64,000 nt of DNA, from contig OZ024743.1 of NCBI GenBank assembly GCA_964016885.1, positions 134,602,001-134,666,000 on the forward strand, given 5' to 3'. The translations under genes and the position numbers were made by a program. Below the pieces are notes generated by a model that worked only from the letters and a program-made list of their open reading frames with translations, had not been told where the DNA came from and made no database searches. Below are positions 1 to 10,200 of this stretch, one piece after another (position 1 is the first letter of the stretch; each line of letters starts with the position of its first letter). Source of the DNA: Eledone cirrhosa. Its lineage: Eukaryota.

Positions 1-1084
1 TGGTGCTTGGTGCTTGGTGTTTGGTGTTTGGTGCTTGGTGCTTGGTGCTTGGTGCTTGGTGTTTGGTGTTTGGTGCTTGGAGCTTGGGTTTGGTGTTTGG
101 TGCTTGGTGCTTTGTTCTGGGTGCTTGGTGCTTGGTGTTTGGTGTATGGTGCTGGGTGCTTGGTGTTTGGTGCTTGGGGCTTGGTGATTGGTGTTTGGTG
201 CTTGGTGCTTGGTGCTTGGTGCTTGGTGCTTGGTGTTTGGTGCTTGGTGTTTGGTGCTTGGTGCTTGGTGCTAGGTGTTTGGTGTTTGGTGTTTGGCGCT
301 TGGTGCTTGGTGCTTGGTGTTTGGTGCTTGGTGTTTGGTGCTTGGTGTTTGGTGATTGGTCCTTGGTGTTTGGTGTTTGGTGCTTGGTGCTTGGTGTTTG
401 GTGTTTGGTGCTTGGCGCTTGGTGTTTGGTGTTTGGTCCTTGGCGTTTGCTGTTTGGTGTTTGGTGTTTGGTGTTTGGTGTTTGGTACTTGGTGCTTGGT
501 GTTTGGTGTTTGGTGCTTGGTGCTTGGTGTTTGGTGTTTGGTGCTTGGTACTTGGTGTTTGGTGCTCGGTGCTTGGTGCTTGGTGTTTCGTGCTTGGTGC
601 TTGGTGTTTGGTCTTTGGCGCTTGGTGTTTGGTGTTTGGTGCTTGGTACTTGGTGTTTGGTGTTTGGCGTTTGGTGTTGGGTGCTTGGTGCTTGGTGCTT
701 GGTTTTTGGAGTTTGGTGCTTGGTGCTTGGTGTTTGGTGTTTGGTGATTGGTGCTTGGTGTTTGGTGTTTAGTGCTTGGTGCTTGGTTCTTGGTGTTTGG
801 TGCTCGGTGCTTGGTGCTTGGTGTTTGGTGCTTGGTCCTTGGTGCTTGGTGCTTGTGTTTGGTGTTTGGTGCTTGGTGCTTGGTGTTTGGTGCTTGGGGC
901 TTGGTGATTGGTGTTTGGTGCTTGGTGATTGGTGCTTGGTGCTTGGTGCTAGGTGTTTGGTGTTTGGTGCTTGGCGCTTGGTGCTTGGTGTTTGGTGATT
1001 GGTGCTTGGTGTTTGGTGTTTGGTGCTTGGTGCTTGGTGTTTGGTGTTTGGTGCTTGGCGCTTGGTGTTTGGTGTTTGGTGCCT

Positions 1085-1168
1085 GGCGTTTGCTGTTTGG
1101 CGTTTGGGGTTTGGCATTTGCTGTTTGGCGTATGGGGTTTGGCGTTTGCTTTTTGGCGTTTGCTGTTT
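1085..1168 (+). repeat. 84-bp (12-unit) CpG-rich variant cassette GGCGTTT GCTGTTT GGCGTTT GGGGTTT GGCATTT GCTGTTT GGCGTAT GGGGTTT GGCGTTT GCTTTTT GGCGTTT GCTGTTT; first of dozens of dispersed copies in domain A
   Basis: Read directly at 1085-1168. Copies or variants start at 2464, 3178, 4731 and 5004, and so on up to 56956-57039. The cassette has its own internal 28-bp periodicity. Confidence 0.92.
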
Positions 1169-1224
1169 GGTGTTTGGTGCTTGGTGTTTGGTGTTTGGTG
1201 CTTGGTGCTTGGTGTTTGGTGTTT

Positions 1225-4200
1225 AGTGCTTGGTGCTTGGTTCTTGGTGTTTGGTGCTCGGTGCTTGGTGCTTGGTGTTTGGTGCTTGGTGCTTGGTTCT
1301 GGGTGCTTGGTCCTTGGTGTTTGGTGTTTGGTACTTGGTGCTTGGTGTTTGGTGTTTGGTGCTTGGTGCTTGGTGTTTGGTGTTTGGTGCTTGGCGCTTG
1401 GTGTTTGGCGTTTGGCGCTTGGCGTTTGCTGTTTGGCGTTTGGGGTTTGGCATTTACTGTTTGGCGTTTGGGGTTTGGCGTTTGCTTTTTGGCATTTGCT
1501 GTTTGGTGTTTGGTGTTTGGTGTTTGCTGTTTGGTGTTTGCTGTTTGGTGTTTGCTGTTTGGTGTTTGGTGTTTGGTGTTTGCTGGTTGGTGTTTGGTGT
1601 TTGGTGTTTGCTGTTTCGTGTTTGATGTTTGGTGCTTGGTGCTTGGTGCTTGGTGCTTGGTGTTTGGTGTTTAGTGCTTGGTGCTTGGTGTTTGGTGTTT
1701 GGTGCTTGGTGCTTGCTGTTTGGTGCTTGGGGCTTGGTGCTTGGTGTTTGGTGTTTGGTGCTTGGTGCTTGGTGTTTGGTGTTTGGTGCTTGGTGCTTGG
1801 TGTTTGGTGATTGGTGCTTGGTACTTGGTGTTTGGTGCTCGGTGCTTGGTGCTTGGTGTTTCGTGCTTGGTGCTTGGTGTTTGGTCTTTGGCGCTTGGTG
1901 CTTGGTGTTTGGTGCTTGGTACTTGGTGTTTGGTGTTTGGCGTTTGGTGTTTGGTGCTTGGTGCTTGCTGCTTGGTTTTTGGAGTTTGGTGCTTGGTGCT
2001 TGGTGTTTGGTGTTTGGTAATTGGTGCTTGGTGTTTGGTGCTTGGGATTTGGTGCTTGGTGCTTGGTGTTTGGTGTTTGGAGTTTGGTACTTGGTGCTTG
2101 GTGTTTGGTGTTTGGTGCTTGGTGCTTGGTGTTTGGTGTTTAGTGCTTGGTGCTTGGTTCTTGGTGTTTGGTGCTCGGTACTTGGTGCTTGGTGTTTGGT
2201 GCTTGGTGCTCGGTTCTGGGTGCTTGGTGCTTGGTGTTTGGTGTTTGGTGCTTGGTGCTTGGTGTTTGGTGCTTGGGGCTTGGTGATTGGTGTTTGGTGC
2301 TTGGTGTTTGGTGCTTGGTGCTTGGTGCTAGGTGTTTGGTGTTTGGTGCTTGGCGCTTGGTGCTTGGTGTTTGGTGATTGGTGCTTGGTGTTTGGTGTTT
2401 GGTGCTTGGTGCTTGGTGTTTGGTGTTTGGTGCTTGGCGCTTGGTGTTTGGTGTTTGGTGCTTGGCGTTTGCTGTTTGGCGTTTGGGGTTTGGCATTTGC
2501 TGTTTGGCGTATGGGGTTTGGCGTTTGCTTTTTGGCGTTTGCTGTTTGGTGTATGGTGTTTGGTGCTTGGTGCTTGGTGCTTAGTGCTTGGTGTTTGGTG
2601 TTTGGTGCTTGGTGCTTGGTGTTTGGTGTTTGGTGCTTGGTGCTTGGTGTTTGGTGCTTGGGGCTTGGTGATTGGTGTTTGGTGCTTGGTGCTTGGTGCT
2701 TGGTGCTTGGTGCTTGGTGTTCGGTGCTTGGTGCTTGGTGCTAGGTGTTTGGTGTTTGGTGTTTGGCGCTTGGTGCTTGGTGTTTGGTGATTGGTGCTTG
2801 GTGTTTGGTGTTTGGTGCTTGGTGCTTGGTGCTTGGTGTTTGGTGTTTGGTGCTTGGAGCTTGGTGTTTGGTGTTTGGTGCTTGGTGCTTTGTTCTGGGT
2901 GCTTGGTGCTTGGTGTTTGGTGTTTGGTGCTGGGTGCTTGGTGTTTGGTGCTTGGGGCTTGGTGATTGGTGTTTGGTGCTTGGTGCTTGGTGCTTGGTGC
3001 TTGGTGTTTGGTGCTTGGTGTTTGGTGCTTGGTGCTTGGTGATAGGTGTTTGGTGTTTGGTGTTTGGCGCTTGGTGTTTGGTGTTTGGTGATTGGTGCTT
3101 GGTGTTTGGTGTTTGGTGCTTGGTGCTTGGTGTTTGGTGTTTGGTGCTTGGCGCTTGGTGTTTGGTGTTTGGTGCTTGGCGTTTGCCGTTTGGCATTTGG
3201 GGTTTGGCATTTGCTGTTTGGCGTATGGGGTTTGGCGTTTGCTTTTTTGCGTTTGCTGTTTGGTGTTTGGTGCTTGGTGTTTGGTGTTTGGTACTTGGTG
3301 CTTGGTGTTTGGTGTCTGGTGCTTGGTGCTTGGTGTTTGGTGTTTGGTGCTTGGCGCTTGGTGTTTGGTGTTTTGTGCTTGGCGTTTGCTGTTTGGCGTT
3401 TGGGTTTGGCATTTGCTGTTTGGCGTTTGGAGTTTGGCGTTTGCTTTTTGGCGTTTGCTGTTTGGTGTTTGCTGTTTGGTGTTTGCTGTTTGGTGTTTGC
3501 TGTTTGGTGTTTGCTGTTTGGTGTTTGCTGTTTGGTGCTTGGTGCTTGGTGTTTGGTGCATGGTGCTTGGTGCTTGGTGCTTGGTGTTTCGTGCTTGGTG
3601 CTTGGTGTTTCGTGCTTGGGGCTTGGTGCTTGGTGTTTGGTGCTTGGTGTTTGGTGTTTGTTGCTTGGTGCGTGGTGTTTGGTGTTTGGTGCTTGGTGTT
3701 TGCTGTTTGGTGCTTGGTGCTTGGTGTTTGGTGCTTGGTGCTTGGTGCTTGGTGCTTGGTGCTTGGTGTTTGGTGCTTGGTGGTTGGTGCTTGGTGTTTG
3801 CTGCTTGGTGCTTGGTGTTTGGTGTTTGGCGCTTGGTGCTTGGTGTTTGGTGCTTGGTGCTTGGTGTTTGGTGTTTGGTGCTTGGTGTTTGGTGCTTGGA
3901 GCTTGGTGCTTGGTTTTTGGTGCTTGGTGCTTGGTGCTTGGTGCTTGGTGTCTTGTGCTTGGTGCTTGGTGTTTGGTGTTTGGTGTTTGGTGTTTGGTGC
4001 TTGGTACTTGTTGTTTTGTGTTTGGTGTTTGGTGCTTGGTGGTTGGTGTTTGGTGCTTGGTGCTTGATGCTTGGTGCTTGGTGCTTGGTGTTTGGTGTTT
4101 GGTGCTTGGTGCTTGGTGTTTGGTGATTGGTGCTTGGTACTTGGTGTTTGGTGCTCGGTGCTTGGTGCTTGGTGTTTCGTGCTTGGTGCTTGGTGTTTGG

Positions 4201-7200
4201 TCTTTGGCGCTTGGTGCTTGGTGTTTGGTGCTTGGTGTTTGGTGCTTGGTTTTTGGAGTTTGGTGCTTGGTGCTTGGTGTTTGGTGTTTGGTGATTGGTG
4301 CTTGGTGTTTGGTGCTTGGGATTTGGTGCTTGGTGCTTGGTGTTTGGTGTTTGGAGTTTTGTACTTGGTGCTTGGTGTTTGGTGTTTGGTGCTTGGTGCT
4401 TGGTGTTTGGTGTTTAGTGCTTGGTGCTTGGTTCTTGGTGTTTGGTGCTCGGTGCTTGGTGCTTGGTGTTTGGTGCTTGGTCCTTGGTGCTTGGTGCTTG
4501 GTGTTTGGTGTTTGGTGCTTGGTGCTTGGTGTTTGGTGCTTGGGGCTTGGTGATTGGTGTTTGGTGCTTGGTGTTTGGTGCTTGGTGCTTGGTGCTAGGT
4601 GTTTGGTGTTTGGTGCTTGGCGCTTGGTGCTTGGTGTTTGGTGATTGGTGCTTGGTGTTTGGTGTTTGGTGCTTGGTGCTTGGTGTTTGGTGTTTGGTGC
4701 TTGGCGCTTGGTGTTTGGTGTTTGGTGCCTGGCGTTTGCTGTTTGGCGTTTGGAGTTTGGCATTTGCTGTTTGGCGTATGGGGTTTGGCGTTTGCTTTTT
4801 GGCGTTTGCTGTTTGGTGTTTGGTGCTTGGTGTTTGGTGTTTGGTGCTTGGTGCTTGGTGTTTGGTGTTTAGTGCTTGGTGCTTGGTTCTTGGTGTTTGG
4901 TGCTCGGTGCTTGGTGCTTGGTGTTTGGTGTTTGGTGCTTGGTGCTTGGTGTTTGGTATTTAGTGCTTGGTGCTTGGTTCTTGGTGTTTGGTGTTCGGTG
5001 CTTGGCGTTTGCTGTTTGGCGTTTGGGGTTTGGCATTTGCTGTTTGGCGTATGGGGTTTGGCGTTTGCTTTTTGGCGTTTGCTGTTTGGTGTTTGGTACT
5101 TGGTGTTTGGTGTTTGGTACTTGGTGCTTGGTGTTTGGTGTTTGGTGCTTGGTGCTTGGTGTTTGGTGTTTGGTGCTTGGCGCTTGGTGTTTGGCGTTTG
5201 GCGCTTGGCGTTTGCTGTTTGGCGTTTGGGGTTTGGCATTTACTGTTTGGCGTTTGGGGTTTGGCGTTTGCTTTTTGGCATTTGCTGTTTGGTGTTTGGT
5301 GTTTGGTGTTTGGTGTTTGGTGCTTGGTGCTTGGTGTTTGGTGTTTAGAGCTTGGTGCTTGGTTCTTGGTGTTTGGTGCTCGGTGCTTGGTGCTTGGTGT
5401 TTGGTGCTTGGTGCTTGGTTCTGGGTGCTTGGTGCTTGGTGTTTGGTGTTTGGTGCTTGGCGCTTGGTGTTTGGTGCTTGGGGCTTGGTGATTGGTGTTT
5501 GGTACTTGGTGTTTGGTGCTTGGTGCTTGGTGCTAGGTGTTTGGTGTTTGGTGCTTGGCGCTTGGTGCTTGGTGTTTGGTGATTGGTGCTTGGTGTTTGG
5601 TGTTTGGTGCTTGGTGCTTGGTGTTTGGTGTTTGGTGCTTGGCGCTAGGTGTTTGGTGTTTGGTGCTTGGCGTTTGCTGTTTGGCGTTTGAGGTTTGGCA
5701 TTTGCTGTTTGGCGTATGGGGTTTGGCGTTTGCTTTTTGGCGTTTGCTGTTTGGTGTTTGGTGCTTGGTGCTTGGTGCTTGGTGTTTGGTGTTTGGTGCT
5801 TGGCACTTGGTGTTTGGCGTTTGGCGCTTGGCGTTTGCTGTTTGGCGTTTGGGGTTTGGCATTTGCTGTTTGGCGTTTGGGGTTTGGCGTTTGCTTTTTG
5901 GCATTTGCTGTTTGGTGTTTGGTGTTTGGTGTTTGCTGTTTGGTGTTTGCTGTTTGGTGTTTGCTGTTTGGTGTTTGGTGTTTGGTGTTTGCTGGTTGGT
6001 GTTTGGTGTTTGGTGTTTGCTGTTTGGTGTTTGCTGTTTGGTGCTTGGTGCTTGGTGTTTGGTGCATGGTGCTTGGTGCTTCGTGCTTGGTGTTTGGTGC
6101 TTGGTGCTTGGTGTTTGGTGCTTGGGGCTTGGTGCTTGGTGTTTGGTGTTTGGTGTTTGGTGCTTGGTGCTTGGTGTTTGGTGTTTGGTGCTTGGTGTTT
6201 GCTGTTTGGTGCTTGGTGCTTGGTGTTTGGTGCTTGGTGCTTGGTGCTTGGTGCTTGGTGCTTGGTGTTTGGTGCTTGGTGCTTGGTGCTTGGTGCTTGG
6301 TGCTTGGTGTTTGGTGTTTAGTGCTTGGTGCTTGGTGTTTGGTGTTTGGTGCATGGTGCTTGGTGTCTGGTGCTTGGCGCTTGGTGCTTGGTGTTTGGTG
6401 ATTGGTGCTTGGTGTTTGGTGTTTGGTGCTTGGTGCTTGGTGTTTGGTGTTTGGTGCTTGGCGCTTGGTGTTTGGTGTTTGGTGCTTGGCGTTTGCTGTT
6501 TGGCGTTTGGGGTTTGGCATTTGCTGTTTGGCGTATGGGGTTTGGCGTTTGCTTTTTGGCGTTTGCTGTTTGGTGTATGGTGTTTGGTGCTTGGTGCTTG
6601 GTGCTTGGTGCTTGGTGTTTGGTGTTTGGTGCTTGGTGCTTGGTGTTTGGTGTTTGGTGCTTGGTGCTTGGTGCTTGGTGTTTGGTGCTTGGCGCTTGGT
6701 GTTTGGCGTTTGGCGCTTGGCGTTTGCTGTTTGGCGTTTGGGGTTTGGCATTTACTGTTTGGCGTTTGGGGTTTGGCGTTTGCTTTTTGGCATTTGCTGT
6801 TTGGCGTATGGGGTTTGGCGTTTGCTTTTTGGCGTTTGCTGTTTGGTGTTTGGTGCTTGGTGCTTGGTGCTTGGTGCTTGGTGCTTGGTGTTTGTTGTTT
6901 AGTGCTTGGTGCTTGGTTCTTGGTGTTTGGTGCTCGGTGCTTGGTGCTTGGTGTTTGGTGCTTGGTGCTTGGTTCTGGGTGCTTGGTCCTTGGTGTTTGG
7001 TGTTTGGTACTTGGTGCTTGGTGTTTGGTGTTTGGTGCTTGGTGCTTGGTGTTTGGTGTTTGGTGCTTGGTGCTTGGTGTTTGGCGTTTGGCGCTTGGCG
7101 TTTGCTGTTTGGCGTTTGGGGTTTGGCATTTACTGTTTGGCGTTTGGGGTTTGGCGTTTGCTTTTTGGCATTTGCTGTTTGGTGTTTGGTGTTTGGTGTT

Positions 7201-10200
7201 TGCTGTTTGGTGTTTGCTGTTTGGTGTTTGCTGTTTGGTGTTTGGTGTTTGGTGTTTGCTGGTTGGTGTTTGGTGTTTGGTGTTTGCTGTTTCGTGTTTG
7301 CTGTTTGGTGCTTGGTGCTTGGTGCTTGGTGCTTGGTGTTTGGTGTTTAGTGCTTGGTGCTTGGTGTTTGGTGTTTGGTGCTTGGTGCATGCTGTTTGGT
7401 GCTTGGGGCTTGGTGCTTGGTGTTTGGTGTTTGGTGCTTGGTGCTTGGTGTTTGGTGTTTGGTGCTTGGTGCTTGGTGTTTGGTGATTGGTGCTTGGTAC
7501 TTGGTGTTTGGTGCTCGGTGCTTGGTGCTTGGTGTTTCGTGCTTGGTGCTTGGTGTTTGGTCTTTGGCGCTTGGTGCTTGGTGTTTGGTGCTTGGTACTT
7601 GGTGTTTGGTGTTTGGCGTTTGGTGTTTGGTGCTTGGTGCTTGCTGCTTGGTTTTTGGAGTTTGGTGCTTGGTGCTTGGTGTTTGGTGTTTGGTAATTGG
7701 TGCTTGGTGTTTGGTGCTTGGGATTTGGTGCTTGGTGCTTGGTGTTTGGTGTTTGGAGTTTGGTACTTGGTGCTTGGTGTTTGGTGTTTGGTGCTTGGTG
7801 CTTGGTGTTTGGTGTTTAGTGCTTGGTGCTTGGTTCTTGGTGTTTGGTGCTCGGTACTTGGTGCTTGGTGTTTGGTGCTTGGTGCTCGGTTCTGGGTGCT
7901 TGGTGCTTGGTGTTTGGTGTTTGGTGCTTGGTGCTTGGTGTTTGGTGCTTGGGGCTTGGTGATTGGTGTTTGGTGCTTGGTGTTTGGTGCTTGGTGCTTG
8001 GTGCTAGGTGTTTGGTGTTTGGTGCTTGGCGCTTGGTGCTTGGTGTTTGGTGATTGGTGCTTGGTGTTTGGTGTTTGGTGCTTGGTGCTTGGTGTTTGGT
8101 GTTTGGTGCTTGGCGCTTGGTGTTTGGTGTTTGGTGCTTGGCGTTTGCTGTTTGGCGTTTGGGGTTTGGCATTTGCTGTTTGGCGTATGGGGTTTGGCGT
8201 TTGCTTTTTGGCGTTTGCTGTTTGGTGTATGGTGTTTGGTGCTTGGTGCTTGGTGCTTAGTGCTTGGTGTTTGGTGTTTGGTGCTTGGTGCTTGGTGTTT
8301 GGTGTTTGGTGCTTGGTGCTTGGTGTTTGGTGCTTGGGGCTTGGTGATTGGTGTTTGGTGCTTGGTGCTTGGTGCTTGGTGCTTGGTGCTTGGTGTTCGC
8401 TGCTTGGTGCTTGGTGCTAGGTGTTTGGTGTTTGGTGTTTGGCGCTTGGTGCTTGGTGTTTGGTGATTGGTGCTTGGTGTTTGGTGTTTGGTGCTTGGTG
8501 CTTGGTGCTTGGTGTTTGCTGTTTGGTGCTTGGAGCTTGGTGTTTGGTGTTTGGTGCTTGGTGCTTTGTTCTGGGTGCTTGGTGCTTGGTGTTTGGTGTT
8601 TGGTGCTGGGTGCTTGGTGTTTGGTGCTTGGGGCTTGGTGATTGGTGTTTGGTGCTTGGTGCTTGGTGCTTGGTGCTTGGTGTTTGGTGCTTGGTGTTTG
8701 GTGCTTGGTGCTTGGTGATAGGTGTTTGGTGTTTGGTGTTTGGCGCTTGGTGTTTGGTGTTTGGTGATTGGTGCTTGGTGTTTGGTGTTTGGTGCTTGGT
8801 GCTTGGTGTTTGGTGTTTGGTGCTTGGCGCTTGGTGTTTGGTGTTTGGTGCTTGGCGTTTGCCGTTTGGCATTTGGGGTTTGGCATTTGCTGTTTGTCGT
8901 ATGGGGTTTGGCGTTTGCTTTTTTGCGTTTGCTGTTTGGTGTTTGGTGCTTGGTGTTTGGTGTTTGGTACTTGGTGCTTGGTGTTTGGTGTCTGGTGCTT
9001 GGTGCTTGGTGTTTGGTGTTTGGTGCTTGGCGCTTGGTGTTTGGTGTTTTGTGCTTGGCGTTTGCTGTTTGGCGTTTGGGTTTGGCATTTGCTGTTTGGC
9101 GTTTGGAGTTTGGCGTTTGCTTTTTGGCGTTTGCTGTTTGGTGTTTGCTGTTTGGTGTTTGCTGTTTGGTGTTTGCTGTTTGGTGTTTGCTGTTTGGTGT
9201 TTGCTGTTTGGTGCTTGGTGCTTGGTGTTTGGTGCATGGTGCTTGGTGCTTGGTGCTTGGTGTTTCGTGCTTGGTGCTTGGTGTTTCGTGCTTGGGGCTT
9301 GGTGCTTGGTGTTTGGTGCTTGGTGTTTGGTGTTTGTTGCTTGGTGCGTGGTGTTTGGTGTTTGGTGCTTGGTGTTTGCTGTTTGGTGCTTGGTGCTTGG
9401 TGTTTGGTGCTTGGTGCTTGGTGCTTGGTGCTTGGTGCTTGGTGTTTGGTGCTTGGTGGTTGGTGCTTGGTGTTTGGTGCTTGGTGCTTGGTGTTTGGTG
9501 TTTGGCGCTTGGTGCTTGGTGTTTGGTGCTTGGTGCTTGGTGTTTGGTGTTTGGTGCTTGGTGTTTGGTGCTTGGAGCTTGGTGCTTGGTTTTTGGTGCT
9601 TGGTGCTTGGTGCTTGGTGCTTGGTGTCTTGTGCTTGGTGCTTGGTGTTTGGTGTTTGGTGTTTGGTGTTTGGTGCTTGGTACTTGTTGTTTTGTGTTTG
9701 GTGTTTGGTGCTTGGTGGTTGGTGTTTGGTGCTTGGTGCTTGATGCTTGGTGCTTGGTGCTTGGTGTTTGGTGTTTGGTGCTTGGTGCTTGGTGTTTGGT
9801 GATTGGTGCTTGGTACTTGGTGTTTGGTGCTCGGTGCTTAGTGCTTGGTGTTTCGTGCTTGGTGCTTGGTGTTTGGTCTTTGGCGCTTGGTGCTTGGTGT
9901 TTGGTGCTTGGTGTTTGGTGCTTGGTTTTTGGAGTTTGGTGCTTGGTGCTTGGTGTTTGGTGTTTGGTGATTGGTGCTTGGTGTTTGGTGCTTGGGATTT
10001 GGTGCTTGGTGCTTGGTGTTTGGTGTTTGGAGTTTTGTACTTGGTGCTTGGTGTTTGGTGTTTGGTGCTTGGTGCTTGGTGTTTGGTGTTTAGTGCTTGG
10101 TGCTTGGTTCTTGGTGTTTGGTGCTCGGTGCTTGGTGCTTGGTGTTTGGTGCTTGGTCCTTGGTGCTTGGTGCTTGGTGTTTGGTGTTTGGTGCTTGGTG

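Noticed and set aside
1582-1590. Chi-like motif GCTGGTTGG
   Set aside because: It is not the E. coli Chi octamer GCTGGTGG. It is a single-substitution variant of GCTGTTT propagated with the HOR.
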